A stretch of DNA of 64,000 nt from Dehalococcoidia bacterium (GCA_963664365.1 OY761144.1:318424-382423); one strand, 5' to 3'; positions 37,497 to 47,783 are shown, counted from the first letter of the stretch. A program made the numbers and translations. Notes: generated from the sequence alone by a model not told the origin.

Positions 37497-38288
37497 CTAC
37501 ACGAACGGCCACGGGATGTTGTAGTTCGGGTCGAGCCGCGGAACTTCCCGATCCTTCAGCAGAAACCTGATCCGCTTCTTCATAGCTTTGATCTCAGGCC
37601 CCCGCAGATGCTCGAAAAGCCCTGCGGCCTCCGGCGACTCTCCGTCCAACTTCCGGTGGAGCTCGCCCAGGTCCTCTATCAAGTCGTCCGGGATGCGCGA
37701 ACCCCAGAACTCCATCATCACCGTGCGCAGCTTGAAACTCGTGTGGAACGTCAGCCCGTGGTCTATGCTCCAGATTCTGCCGTCCGCGCTCCTGATGCAG
37801 TGGCCGCCCTTCCGGTCCGCGTTGTTCGTCACCAGGTCGAAGACCATGATCTTGTGCAACTCCCGGTGAGCGCTTTCGTCCTTCACCATCTCGAAGTAGG
37901 TGTCGTCGGGGTCGCAGTCCACGAAGCGCTGGAACATTCCGACGCCGTAAGGACCGTCCCTAACCAGCGTCAAGGGGATGTTCGGCCACCCCAGCAGCCG
38001 GCTCAGAAGGAACGACGCGTACTCCCGATTGTAGAGCGTGCCGATCGGGAAGTCCCACAGAGGACGCTCGCCATCGCGCGGCTTGTAGATCGCCCTGAGA
38101 TACTTCCCCGGCCCTGCGTCGATCCACACGAGGAAGGTATAGTTCGACCCCCAAGGCATCCGGTGGCCGCCCGTGATCTCTCCCGACTCCAGCAGCGGGC
38201 GCGCCGCTTCCTCGTCCAGGTTGACCGCCTCCGCGTCTTCGGGAACGGGCAGGACTATCCGTAAGTCTTGTCGAGAGAGGCGCGCCAT
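37497..38288 (-). CDS. SCO1664-family PI3/PI4-kinase-like protein
   Basis: GSNYTF, YKPRDGERPLWDFP, NADRKGGH, IDHGLTF. Confidence 0.85.
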   Translation of the reverse strand: MARLSRQDLRIVLPVPEDAEAVNLDEEAARPLLESGEITGGHRMPWGSNYTFLVWIDAGPGKYLRAIYKPRDGERPLWDFPIGTLYNREYASFLLSRLLGWPNIPLTLVRDGPYGVGMFQRFVDCDPDDTYFEMVKDESAHRELHKIMVFDLVTNNADRKGGHCIRSADGRIWSIDHGLTFHTSFKLRTVMMEFWGSRIPDDLIEDLGELHRKLDGESPEAAGLFEHLRGPEIKAMKKRIRFLLKDREVPRLDPNYNIPWPFV

Positions 38289-38315
38289 GACGTGAGATGG
38301 AGTTGTCTGGAACCG

Positions 38316-38849
38316 CTACTCTGAGTCCGGGTCCGCAAGCTGTTCGGGCGACAACTCTATGTGGCCGTTGACGCGCGCGCACCTATGCCCATCCGCGTCG
38401 ATGGAACGACCGCACAGCGGGCACAGAGGCCGTCCGGCGGCGCACACCCGCAGAGCGCCTTCGGAGAACGCTTCGAGCTGCTCCCTGCTGGCCCATACCC
38501 GGACCGCGGCATCCTCCTCGTCCGTCTCGTCGTGCGCCTCGATGGTGAAGATGCCACGTCCGGGCACGTGCCCCAGCGCCAGTTTCATCACCTTGAAGTC
38601 CAAGCTCGTCAGGCCGGGAGCCTCCCGGTCCGTGGGCGGGTCCGGAGGCCCAATGCGGCTCTCCGGTATGCCGGCCATCATCTGCTGGATCGCGAGCGCC
38701 AACTGGAAGAGTTGCTCCTTCTCGATCCAAATAGACGCGCTGCTGCTCGCGCTGTCCACGTGGATCCGGAACGTTCTCCTCCCAGGCTCTCCGAAGGCCT
38801 CCGCCTCAAGTCTTGAGACGCTCGTGAACTCGTTCTTGGGTACTGCCAT
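38316..38849 (-). CDS. DUF3090-family protein
   Basis: GEPGRRTF, EKEQL, AGRPLCPLCG...HRCARVNGH. Confidence 0.85.
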   Translation of the reverse strand: MAVPKNEFTSVSRLEAEAFGEPGRRTFRIHVDSASSSASIWIEKEQLFQLALAIQQMMAGIPESRIGPPDPPTDREAPGLTSLDFKVMKLALGHVPGRGIFTIEAHDETDEEDAAVRVWASREQLEAFSEGALRVCAAGRPLCPLCGRSIDADGHRCARVNGHIELSPEQLADPDSE

Positions 38850-39008
38850 GATACTAGGGTCATGTTAGTCTCTCAGCCCCAAGACTCGCAAGTTTGCCCG
38901 CCGCCGCCGAACTTCCCATAACCTTCAAACTTCCTTAACATTTACCCTATAAAGTGTCTGTCACAAGGGTCGGAGACCCGCATACACCCCAAAGGAGGTG
39001 ACGGAACG

Positions 39009-39431
39009 TTGAAGAAGAGATGGTTGATAGGAAGCGTACTCGCCGCGCTGATGGTCTTCGCGATCACCGGCGGCGTCATCATGGCGCAGGAGACTTCGGA
39101 CTCCAAGAGGTCCGGCTTCGCGGCCAGGGTTGCCGACATCCTGGGACTGGAGGCCGACACGGTCGAGGATGCCATGGAGCAGGCCAAGAAGGAGATGTTC
39201 GAAGAGCATCTGGACGCCAAGCTGGCCGCAATGGTATCCAGCGGCCGCATAACCCAGGAGCAGGCCGACGAGTACAGGGCGTGGATCGAGTCCAAGCCGG
39301 ACGGCGCGTTCGGCGGGCATCGCGGCTTTGGGAAGTTCGGCAAACGCGGCTTCAAGCGTGGCTTCGGAGACCGCGACGGCAAGATGCACCCCTGGAAGAA
39401 TGACTCTGATGAAGGGGCGCCGACCGGCTGA
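39009..39431 (+). CDS. Secreted helical protein co-transcribed with a two-component system
   Basis: Signal peptide; VSSGRITQEQAD motif; Gly/Arg-rich tail. Confidence 0.75.
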   Translation: MKKRWLIGSVLAALMVFAITGGVIMAQETSDSKRSGFAARVADILGLEADTVEDAMEQAKKEMFEEHLDAKLAAMVSSGRITQEQADEYRAWIESKPDGAFGGHRGFGKFGKRGFKRGFGDRDGKMHPWKNDSDEGAPTG

Positions 39432-39464
39432 TCGCGCCTAGCGCCCCAATAGAGAACTACACCC

Positions 39465-40154
39465 ATGCCCGGCAAGATACTGATCATCGAGGACGACCCG
39501 GACACCAGCAGGCTGGTCGGCCTATACCTGTCCCTCGACGGCCACAAGGTTCTCGCCGCGTTTGACGGGACGGAGGGCCTACGGCTCGCCCGCGAGACCA
39601 AGCCGGACCTCATCGTGCTCGACCTCATGCTGCCGGGCATGGGCGGCATGGACGTATGCCGCCAACTTCGGGATGAGTCTATGGTTCCCATCGTCATGCT
39701 CACCGCGCGCGTCGATGAGAAAGACCGCCTCGAAGGACTGGACTCGGGCGCGGACGACTATGTGACCAAGCCGTTCAGCCCCAGGGAACTCGCCGCCAGG
39801 ATAAGGGCCGTGCTGCGCCGCACAGCGAGAGAGGCGCTGGAGCGCGGCCCCGAGGAGATCGCGCACGGCGAGGTGATTCTCAATCTCCGCCAACACGTCG
39901 CCAGGGTCGGCGGAGTCCCGGTCTCGCTCACCCCAACCGAGTTCCGTCTGCTGTCCCTCTTCGTCCGCGAGCCGGGCCGCACCTTCACCAGGGATCAAAT
40001 CATCGACCGCGTCTTCGGATACGACTTCGACGGCTACGACCGCACCGTTGACGCGCATATCGCCAACCTCAGGCGAAGGCTCGGCGTCAAGCGCGGGGAC
40101 GCCGAATACGTCAATACCGTTTACGGCGTGGGATACAGGTTCGGAAATGCCTAG
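39465..40154 (+). CDS. OmpR/PhoB-family response regulator
   Basis: IEDD, LDLMLP, GADDYVTKPF, winged helix. Confidence 0.95.
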   Translation: MPGKILIIEDDPDTSRLVGLYLSLDGHKVLAAFDGTEGLRLARETKPDLIVLDLMLPGMGGMDVCRQLRDESMVPIVMLTARVDEKDRLEGLDSGADDYVTKPFSPRELAARIRAVLRRTAREALERGPEEIAHGEVILNLRQHVARVGGVPVSLTPTEFRLLSLFVREPGRTFTRDQIIDRVFGYDFDGYDRTVDAHIANLRRRLGVKRGDAEYVNTVYGVGYRFGNA

Positions 40155-41589
40155 CTGGATATTCAGCCTCCAGTTCCGACTCGTGGTCAGCTTCGCGCTG
40201 GTGCTCGCGCTGGTTCTGGGGAGCGTCGGCGTGTTCATCGGATTGGCCGCCGACAGAGAGGCCGAGCGCCTCGCCGGTCTGAGCGACAGGGCGCACGCGC
40301 TCCGAATCAAGCAGGTACTGGCCGAATACTACGAGCGCAACAAAAGCTGGAACGACGTCCAGCCGGTGCTGGACCGCACTGCTTTCGTCGCTGGACGCGA
40401 GATAGTGGCGCTCGATAAGGACGGCAAGCTCATCGGGCGAACCGGCGCGGACAAGGACAGGGCTGCGGCGTCGTGGAGGCGCGGCAAGCTCGCGACCCCG
40501 CTCGTCGTAAGCTCCGGCGAGGTGGGAACCGTGTACGTCGGGCCGGGCAGGAGAGACCCCAGGCACGTCGCGTACGCTAAGCCCGACGCGCCGCCTCCGG
40601 TCGAAATGCTCGACGCCGGCGGCGCGCTGCCTCTCGTCGGGAACGGCGAACTGGAGGAGCCGTCCTGGTCGCGCTTCTCGGACGTCACCAACCGCACTCT
40701 GATGTGGGGCGGGGCCGCCGCCGGAGCCGCCGGACTGCTGCTCATGTCATTGACCTCTCGCCGTATGCTCCGCTCGGTCCGCGCTCTCACGTCCGCCGCG
40801 CGGAAGATGGGCGCGGGAGACCTATCTCAGCGCGTTCCCGAAGAAGGCCGCGACGAGATAGGCCAACTGGCCCGGACCTTCAACAACATGGCCGACGGCC
40901 TGCAGAGCGCCGAACGCCAGCGGCGCAACATGGTCGCGGACGTGGCTCACGAGCTGAGGACGCCCCTCTCCAATGTCCAAGGCTACGTCGAGGCTCTCCG
41001 TGACGGCGTGCTGCAGCCCGACGCGCCGACCCTCGGAGCCATACACCAGCAGGTGCGCTACCTCGCCGACTTGGTGGAAGACCTGCGGCTCTTGGCCGAC
41101 ACCGAGGCCGGCGACTTCAGCCTGGACCGCGAGCCCGCTTCGCTGACCGACGTAGTGCGGGAGTCCGTCGAGGGCATCCGCGCGAGGGCGGACGCCAAGG
41201 GCGTCGCTATCGAGGCCGACCTTCCGACGGATTCGCCAAATGTGCGGTTCGACCGCACTCGGATAGCCCAGGTCGTCGGCAACCTGCTCGACAACGCCGT
41301 CCGCCACACGCCGACGGGCGGAAGCGTGAGAGTCACCGCGTCCGTCGGCCCTCCCGCCGCCGTCGTCTCAGTCGAGGACACCGGCGAAGGCATCCCCGCC
41401 GATATGCTGCCGTTCATCTTCGAGCGGTTCTACCGTGTGGATCCGTCCCGAAGACGCGCCACCGGCGGCGCCGGACTGGGGCTGACCATCGCCAAGCAGC
41501 TTGTCGAAGCTCACGGCGGCTCGATACGCGCCGAAAGCGCCGCGAACGAGGGAACCACCATCACGTTCGACCTCCCCCTCGACGCCTAG
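40147..41589 (+). CDS. HAMP sensor histidine kinase (BaeS-like)
   Basis: Two TM segments, HAMP, HELRTPL, N/G1/F/G2 boxes. Confidence 0.95.
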   Translation: MPSWIFSLQFRLVVSFALVLALVLGSVGVFIGLAADREAERLAGLSDRAHALRIKQVLAEYYERNKSWNDVQPVLDRTAFVAGREIVALDKDGKLIGRTGADKDRAAASWRRGKLATPLVVSSGEVGTVYVGPGRRDPRHVAYAKPDAPPPVEMLDAGGALPLVGNGELEEPSWSRFSDVTNRTLMWGGAAAGAAGLLLMSLTSRRMLRSVRALTSAARKMGAGDLSQRVPEEGRDEIGQLARTFNNMADGLQSAERQRRNMVADVAHELRTPLSNVQGYVEALRDGVLQPDAPTLGAIHQQVRYLADLVEDLRLLADTEAGDFSLDREPASLTDVVRESVEGIRARADAKGVAIEADLPTDSPNVRFDRTRIAQVVGNLLDNAVRHTPTGGSVRVTASVGPPAAVVSVEDTGEGIPADMLPFIFERFYRVDPSRRRATGGAGLGLTIAKQLVEAHGGSIRAESAANEGTTITFDLPLDA

Positions 41590-43213
41590 CCGAACCTCCG
41601 CCGCGGGCGGTCGCGCCACTTCCTGCGGGCGTCACGGACGGCGCCAAGCTCAGCGCTCGCCTTGCTTCTTGGTCTTTCCCTATGTTCTGCATCGCCTCCG
41701 CGTAACGCAGGTAAGGCTGGGGCGCCTCCGTCTTGTCCGGTTCCGCGTCGAAACGCTCGAAGATCGACGTGGCAAGATCCACCTTGTCCAGTGACGCGGC
41801 ATACTCGATTATCTGGCCCGCGAGAGCGCCCGAACCCGGCTGATCCTGTGCGGCCTTCAGCAGGTGATCCAACGCTCGGCGTCTGTCGCCCGTCGCCCAC
41901 ATCAGCGCGCTCTCCCTGAGCGCGTGCAGTGTCCTATACCGCGGATGGGCGGGAAGGGTTACCCTGAAGTATGTGCGCCCCGCGTCAAAGTCGAAGAGCG
42001 GTTCAGAGGACCCGTTTTCGCTCATGCGCCGGCGCATCTTCGGCAGTCCCGTTCCCCTCGCCTCCGCCAGCCTGAGCTCCTTTAGGAGTTCTCCAATCTT
42101 CCGATTTCTGGCAGGGACGGGAGGGACCGAACTCCCGCTGGCAAGGTGGCCCAACTCGACCCCTTGCACCGGACCAGGGTAGCTGATGATCTCCATTCGG
42201 TCCGGGTACATGTAAATCTTCGTCGGCTCCATGCTCTCATACGACCGGTGGTACACCGCGTTCACCACCGCTTCCCGGATAGCTTCGTATGGGTAGGTCA
42301 CCGTCCTATCTACTTCCGCTCTCCCCGGCGTCTTTTCAGAGAGAACGTCGCCCAGCGACTCCAGATAGATCAGCGCCTGTCTGACCTGATGATGAAGCGG
42401 GCCTCGAATCGTCCTCTCCTCCATGAGGTCCCCCCCGGCGTCGTCGGCGAACTGGACCACCTCGATTCTGGCCCCGGGGAATATATCGTCCGGATCGTCC
42501 ATGAAGAACAGGAGGGCAAAGTTTCTTGCGGCAAGGTGGGCATTCAGAGGGGAGACGAGCCGCATATTCGAATAGACGCGATCCCTCTCGAACGCGATGT
42601 CCCGCCCAATGTCGCTGCCAACGTCGGACAAGAACTCCCTTACGAGTCTCTCGGATATCTTCTCCACGCTTGCCGACAGGTTGCGCCGGTCGTCGAACGG
42701 AACCCTTGCGGCCTGCTCGAATAGCTGCGAGCGCGACGCTCCCACGGCTTCCACGGTTTCAGAGCCGCGCCGGACGTAGTAACTCCTGTCCCCGCCTCTT
42801 GCCGGAGCCTCATACGGACGGTTATCTCCACCCGGCGCCCATACCACCAGCACCCTTCTCCCTTCGTACGCTTCGGGGAACAGCACGGGCTGATATGAGG
42901 GACTTATTCTGTTGCACCGGCCCCGTATCTCCCTCTGAATCCTGTCCAGGTCGGCGTCTTCCATCCCTATTGGAGGAAGAACCGGCTGCCCCGTCTCGTC
43001 GGTGTCGATTCCTATGACCACGTACCCGCCGTTCAGGTTCAGCAGGTCGTTGGCGAAGGCGCAAACCGTCCGCACCACCGAATCACGGGTGAATTCGTTC
43101 CAAGCTGACTTGAACTCCCGCCGATTGTCTTCTACCGATTGGGCGTGGATAAGGTCACGCAGCGAAATAGGCAGACCGCTGCCCATTGCCGACGATTGTT
43201 TATTCACTGTCAT
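41561..43213 (-). CDS. AlbA_2 (Schlafen-like) plus HATPase_c_4-like protein with helical C-terminus
   Basis: REFKS, CAFAN..GGYVVIG, REAVVNAVYHRSY, RNRKI, EARGTG. Confidence 0.8.
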   Translation of the reverse strand: MTVNKQSSAMGSGLPISLRDLIHAQSVEDNRREFKSAWNEFTRDSVVRTVCAFANDLLNLNGGYVVIGIDTDETGQPVLPPIGMEDADLDRIQREIRGRCNRISPSYQPVLFPEAYEGRRVLVVWAPGGDNRPYEAPARGGDRSYYVRRGSETVEAVGASRSQLFEQAARVPFDDRRNLSASVEKISERLVREFLSDVGSDIGRDIAFERDRVYSNMRLVSPLNAHLAARNFALLFFMDDPDDIFPGARIEVVQFADDAGGDLMEERTIRGPLHHQVRQALIYLESLGDVLSEKTPGRAEVDRTVTYPYEAIREAVVNAVYHRSYESMEPTKIYMYPDRMEIISYPGPVQGVELGHLASGSSVPPVPARNRKIGELLKELRLAEARGTGLPKMRRRMSENGSSEPLFDFDAGRTYFRVTLPAHPRYRTLHALRESALMWATGDRRRALDHLLKAAQDQPGSGALAGQIIEYAASLDKVDLATSIFERFDAEPDKTEAPQPYLRYAEAMQNIGKDQEARRALSLAPSVTPAGSGATARGGGSARRRGGGRT

Positions 43214-43420
43214 GCCAAGTTCTCGGAAACGGTGGTGTGCGACTCTAGTCCTGCCGCTGCGATGGTTTATATCGGACTGACGGGGCAAATCATAGCACAG
43301 CACGGTTGCTGAAACACCCCGCCCCCACCCAGCGTTGACCCCCACTGCCTGAAGCGCTATCGTTGACGCCACTTCGAGCGTAGCCAAAGAATACTGACCG
43401 CATCCCAAGAGGTGTGACCC

Positions 43421-44341
43421 GTGCGGATGTATCTGTTCAGACGGGCGATTCAAAGCGTCATCACGCTTTTCGCGGTGGCCGTCGTCATCTTTGCCATGAC
43501 CAGGCTGACTGGCGACCCCGCCGCGATCATGCTCGGCGAGACTCCCGAGTTCAGCCAGGAGACCTACGAGCAGATGCGGGAGGAGATGGGCCTCAACGAC
43601 CCCATCTACGTCCAGTTCTGGATCTTCATGAGCGGAGCGCTCCGCGCCGACTTTGGCGAGTCCTTCATATACCGCGAGCCCGCCGCCAACCTCATCGCCT
43701 ATCGCTTCGGAGCGACACTCCAACTCATGGGCGTGGGGCTGGCGATCTCGCTGGTGGTGGGCATAACCATCGGCGTCCTTACCGCCGTCAGGAGAGACAC
43801 CTGGTTCGACAGGTTCGGAAAGGCCCTCGCCCTCGTGGGACAGGCCGCCCCGTCCTTCTGGATTGGGATCATGCTCATCGTCGTGTTCGCGGTCAACTTC
43901 AAAATCCTGCCCTCCGGCGGATACGGCTCTCCCCAGCAGCTTATCCTTCCGGGTTTCGCTGTCGCGCTTGGCCCAATCGCCGCCCTCCTGCGCCTGACTC
44001 GCTCCAGTATGCTAAACGTCCTAGACAGCGAATACGTCAAGATGGCTCGGCTCAAGGGACTGCACGAGGGGCGGGTCATCTGGAAGCACGCGCTCAAGAA
44101 CGCCGCCATTCCCATCGTGACCCTCATCGGACTGAACCTCGCCCACCTCATTACCGGCACCGTCGTCATCGAGAAAGTGTTCGACTGGCCCGGACTTGGA
44201 ACGCTCGCCGTCAACGGCGCGTTCGACAGAGACTTCTCCGTCGTCCAGGCCACCGTCCTAATGTTCGCCGCCGGCTACATCATCGCCAACCTGCTCGTTG
44301 ACATCACCTACGCCTACATCGACCCCAGAATTCGGTACTAG
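43421..44341 (+). CDS. Peptide/nickel ABC permease (DppB-like)
   Basis: GDPA, YVKMARLKGL, HALKNA EAA motif. Confidence 0.93.
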   Translation: MRMYLFRRAIQSVITLFAVAVVIFAMTRLTGDPAAIMLGETPEFSQETYEQMREEMGLNDPIYVQFWIFMSGALRADFGESFIYREPAANLIAYRFGATLQLMGVGLAISLVVGITIGVLTAVRRDTWFDRFGKALALVGQAAPSFWIGIMLIVVFAVNFKILPSGGYGSPQQLILPGFAVALGPIAALLRLTRSSMLNVLDSEYVKMARLKGLHEGRVIWKHALKNAAIPIVTLIGLNLAHLITGTVVIEKVFDWPGLGTLAVNGAFDRDFSVVQATVLMFAAGYIIANLLVDITYAYIDPRIRY

Positions 44342-44351
44342 AAGCTAAAAT

Positions 44352-44388
44352 CCCCTCTCCCTTGAGGGAGAGGGCTAGGGTGAGGGTG
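44352..44388. repeat. REP-like palindrome family A
   Basis: CCCCTCTCCCTTGAGGGAGAGGGCTAGGGTGAGGGTG. Confidence 0.85.
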
Positions 44389-44426
44389 AGAATCTCCCTA
44401 CCAAGGTCAATGACAAGAGATAAGCG

Positions 44427-45341
44427 ATGAGAGACCTGCAACGCTCCCAAAATCCAGACGCCACCCGGACGTGGTTGAGTAGCGCCTCGGCGCAAGTTGG
44501 GGACATCGTCAAACAGGCCCCCCTGATACCCTCGACGATCCTGGTCATATTCGTAATCGCCGGCATCTTCGCGCCGTGGCTCAGCCCCCGTGACGACCCC
44601 AACTCCGGCACTCTCAGGCAGCACCTCGAACAGCCCTTCTGGGAGGGCGAGGTCAGGGAGTGCTTCCTCGGATGCGACCAGCAGGGACGCGACGTTCTCA
44701 CAAGGCTGCTGCACGGCGCCCGCGTCTCTCTCATCGTGGCCTTCTCAGCCATCGCCATCGCCGGAAGCATCGGCGTCACCCTCGGACTCACCGCCGGCTA
44801 CTTTGGCGGCCCCGTCGATTCGTTCATAATGAGGCTCGTCGATATATGGTACGCCCTGCCGTCCATCCTTCTCGCGCTCATCCTGGTCGTCGTGCTTGGA
44901 CCGGGGCTGATCAACGTAATCGTGGTCATCGGCCTTACATTATGGGCCTTCTATGCCAGGATGGTCAGGGGCGAGGTGCTGAGCGTCCGCGAACTGGACT
45001 ACGTGGCCCTCGCGAGGGTCGCAGGCTCCGGCGGCTTCAGGATTGCCGTGCGCCATATCCTCCCCAACGTCTTCAACTCCGTCATCATCATAGCGACGCT
45101 CCAGGTCGGCGGCGTCATACTGTTCGAGGCGTCGCTCAGCTTCCTCGGCCTCGGCGTTCCCGTTGACGTGCCCTCCTGGGGCCAGATGGTCGCCGACGGC
45201 AGGCAGTACATGACCGTCGCCTGGTGGCTCGCCGCCATTCCCGGACTCGCCATCACTTTTGTCGTCCTATGCTTCAACCTCTTCGGCGACTGGCTGAGGG
45301 ACTACCTCGACCCCAGGCTCAGGCAGGTGGTGAACAACTAA
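44427..45341 (+). CDS. Peptide/nickel ABC permease (DppC-like)
   Basis: LGCDQQGRD, RHILPN, EASLSFLGLG, GDWLRDYLDPR. Confidence 0.93.
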   Translation: MRDLQRSQNPDATRTWLSSASAQVGDIVKQAPLIPSTILVIFVIAGIFAPWLSPRDDPNSGTLRQHLEQPFWEGEVRECFLGCDQQGRDVLTRLLHGARVSLIVAFSAIAIAGSIGVTLGLTAGYFGGPVDSFIMRLVDIWYALPSILLALILVVVLGPGLINVIVVIGLTLWAFYARMVRGEVLSVRELDYVALARVAGSGGFRIAVRHILPNVFNSVIIIATLQVGGVILFEASLSFLGLGVPVDVPSWGQMVADGRQYMTVAWWLAAIPGLAITFVVLCFNLFGDWLRDYLDPRLRQVVNN

Positions 45342-45452
45342 CGTCGGATGCGCCTCTGGCAATCCAAGGTTGGGGAATAGAGCGCCGCCTACTAAGCTGA
45401 CACAGTCTCCACGCTTCCCGTCCCACTGGACACCTCTCAGAACCCACTGGTA

Positions 45453-45582
45453 GGATTGTCTTTGCGAAGAGTCGAATATCGAAAAGCATTAGCGTGAGAA
45501 CCACGCAATGGAGTTGGGCACCTGCCGTGCCCTTCTCACGGTTCACGCTGAGGCTTTTGGACGACTCTTCGCAAGGTAGTTC
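45453..45582 (+). other. Long imperfect hairpin (structured leader, ncRNA or MITE candidate)
   Basis: TTGCGAAGAGTCG/CGACTCTTCGCAA 13-bp stem plus inner stems. Confidence 0.55.
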
Positions 45583-45609
45583 AAGTCCGTTGCCGTGAGG
45601 GGGTCCCAG

Positions 45610-47550
45610 ATGAAGAGCTGCACAAGCCCATTAGCCCTTTGCTCGATCATACTGATTGCCATATTCGCCGGATGTTCCGACGATCCCGGTCAGCCCACCG
45701 AGTCGCCCCCTCCTATCAACACGAGTACACCTGCTGCTAACACACCTGCGCCGCTTGCCACAAACATACCGGCGCCGTCCGACAGACCCGCGCTCAACAT
45801 CCAGTTCATCGGGGCCGCCGACCTCTCAGACGAGAAGAAGTCGTCCCTCGCGGACCTCATCGAAAGCATCCAAGCAGGCGTCGTTCAAATCACCACGAGT
45901 AGCGGCAGCGCGTCGGGGTTCATTATTTCCACGGACGGACTGGTGATAACCAACGAGCACGTCGTATCCGGCGAGAGCGGCGTCGGCGTCTGGCTGACCA
46001 ACGGACGCCGCTACGACGCTGCCGTGCTGGACCAAGACTCGACCTCAGACCTAGCTCTGCTAAAGATTGACGGCGTGAGCTTGGATCCCATCGCGGTCGG
46101 AGATTCGGACCGCGTCCGCATGGGCGACGAGGTTCTAGCGCTCGGCTTCCCGATCGCGGACACGATCGGAACCAACCTGACCGTCACCCGGGGCATCATA
46201 TCCTCCACCAGAATTGAGAACGGTGTCCGGCTGCTCCAGACCGACGCGTCGCTGAATCCGGGCAACAGCGGCGGGCCGCTGGTCAACCTCGACGGCGAGG
46301 TGATCGGCGTCAACTCGTCCAGAATCGAAGAGACCGACAGTGGCAGGCCCGTGACCAACATCGGCTTTGCCGTCTCCGTATCCGAGCTTCAGCGTAGGCT
46401 GCCCACGCTGGGAGGCCAGATCGCAAGTCCTGACACGCCCACGCCTGAACCAACTACAATACCTACATCCGATCCCACCTGGACGCCAGCGCCTACCTGG
46501 ACGCCTGAACCCACATTCACGCCTGAGCCAACCTCCACACCCACACTGACGCCGACCCCGACGATAACACCCACGCCGACCCTCACGCCTACTCCAACGG
46601 CAACGTACACCCCAACAGCCACAGCGACCTTCACGCCCACTCCGACGCCGACAATCACACCCACGCCGACACCGACGTTCACTCCAACCCCAACACCCAC
46701 TCCGATACCGCCATTCGTAGCCGTGAGCGTTGGGGGCGGGTTCACATGCGGGCTGCGCTCGGATGGCGCCGTCGTCTGCCGTGGGGACGATAGCGACGGC
46801 CGGGCTTCTCCGCCGGAGGATGAGCGATTCACGTTTATTAGCAGCGGTTACGACCACACCTGCGCGTTGCGCGCAGACGGGGTCGCTGTGTGCTGGGGAA
46901 ACGACGACTCTGGACAGTCCTCTCCACCCGATGATCAGCGTTTCATATCTATTAGCAGCGGTTACGGCCGCACTTGCGGTTTGAGAGAGGATGGCGTTGC
47001 TGTCTGCTGGGGAGACTATCCATATACTTGGTACAACCGCGGGCAATCCTCACCAGCGGATCACGAACGTTTTATAGCCATTAGCAGTGGTCAGTTCTAT
47101 AACCCAGACTATCAGCTCAATGCTCAACACCACGCATGTGGGTTACGTAATGATGGCTACGTCGTCTGCTGGGGGTACAACGAGCATGGCCAGTCCTCAC
47201 CACCACAACATGGCAGCTTCACAGCCGTAAGCAGTGGCGGTTGGCATACCTGCGGTCTTCGTGATGACGGTACTGCTGTATGCTGGGGATACGATGTGGA
47301 TGGCCGAACCGATGAGCAGAAAAAAGAGCGTTTCATAGCGATTAGCAGCGGCAGTGACTACACCTTGGGATTGCGTGAAGATGGTAGAGTCGTCTACTGG
47401 GACGAGGACAGTTACTCTCAGGGGCCAGACGACGATCCCTCCACAGCCATAGCCGCTGGCTACAGTCACGCTTGCAGGCTAGTAGAGGATGGCGTTATCG
47501 TCTGTTGGGGCAACAATGACTACGGGCAGTCTTCACCGCCGTTGAGGTGA
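45610..47550 (+). CDS. Lipoprotein: trypsin-like (HtrA/S1C) protease, Pro/Thr linker and RCC1-like repeats
   Basis: FAGC lipobox; TNEHV, DLAL, GNSGGP triad; (TP)n; repeated HTCGLRxDGxxVCWG. Confidence 0.85.
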   Translation: MKSCTSPLALCSIILIAIFAGCSDDPGQPTESPPPINTSTPAANTPAPLATNIPAPSDRPALNIQFIGAADLSDEKKSSLADLIESIQAGVVQITTSSGSASGFIISTDGLVITNEHVVSGESGVGVWLTNGRRYDAAVLDQDSTSDLALLKIDGVSLDPIAVGDSDRVRMGDEVLALGFPIADTIGTNLTVTRGIISSTRIENGVRLLQTDASLNPGNSGGPLVNLDGEVIGVNSSRIEETDSGRPVTNIGFAVSVSELQRRLPTLGGQIASPDTPTPEPTTIPTSDPTWTPAPTWTPEPTFTPEPTSTPTLTPTPTITPTPTLTPTPTATYTPTATATFTPTPTPTITPTPTPTFTPTPTPTPIPPFVAVSVGGGFTCGLRSDGAVVCRGDDSDGRASPPEDERFTFISSGYDHTCALRADGVAVCWGNDDSGQSSPPDDQRFISISSGYGRTCGLREDGVAVCWGDYPYTWYNRGQSSPADHERFIAISSGQFYNPDYQLNAQHHACGLRNDGYVVCWGYNEHGQSSPPQHGSFTAVSSGGWHTCGLRDDGTAVCWGYDVDGRTDEQKKERFIAISSGSDYTLGLREDGRVVYWDEDSYSQGPDDDPSTAIAAGYSHACRLVEDGVIVCWGNNDYGQSSPPLR

Positions 47551-47783
47551 GGCTGAGCAACGTCGGATAGATTCGCCATCAAAGTTGGGGCCACTGCCAC
47601 ATCTCACATGACGTGGCGTACTATACCTAAAACAAGTGGTTAGTATCTGCACTACTTCTTGACATCATACCTACTATGATGTAATGTATTCATATCCTTT
47701 GACAGATTGAACAGCCTTGTGCCAGATACTAGTAGTGCTGATGCTTGACGTTCCGAACTGAACTATGAAATTGGGAGTAACCG

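Noticed and set aside
43214..43723. N-terminal 170 aa of the 720-aa ORF
   Set aside because: Overlaps the permease on the opposite strand and the intergenic region; domain similarity starts near 43213
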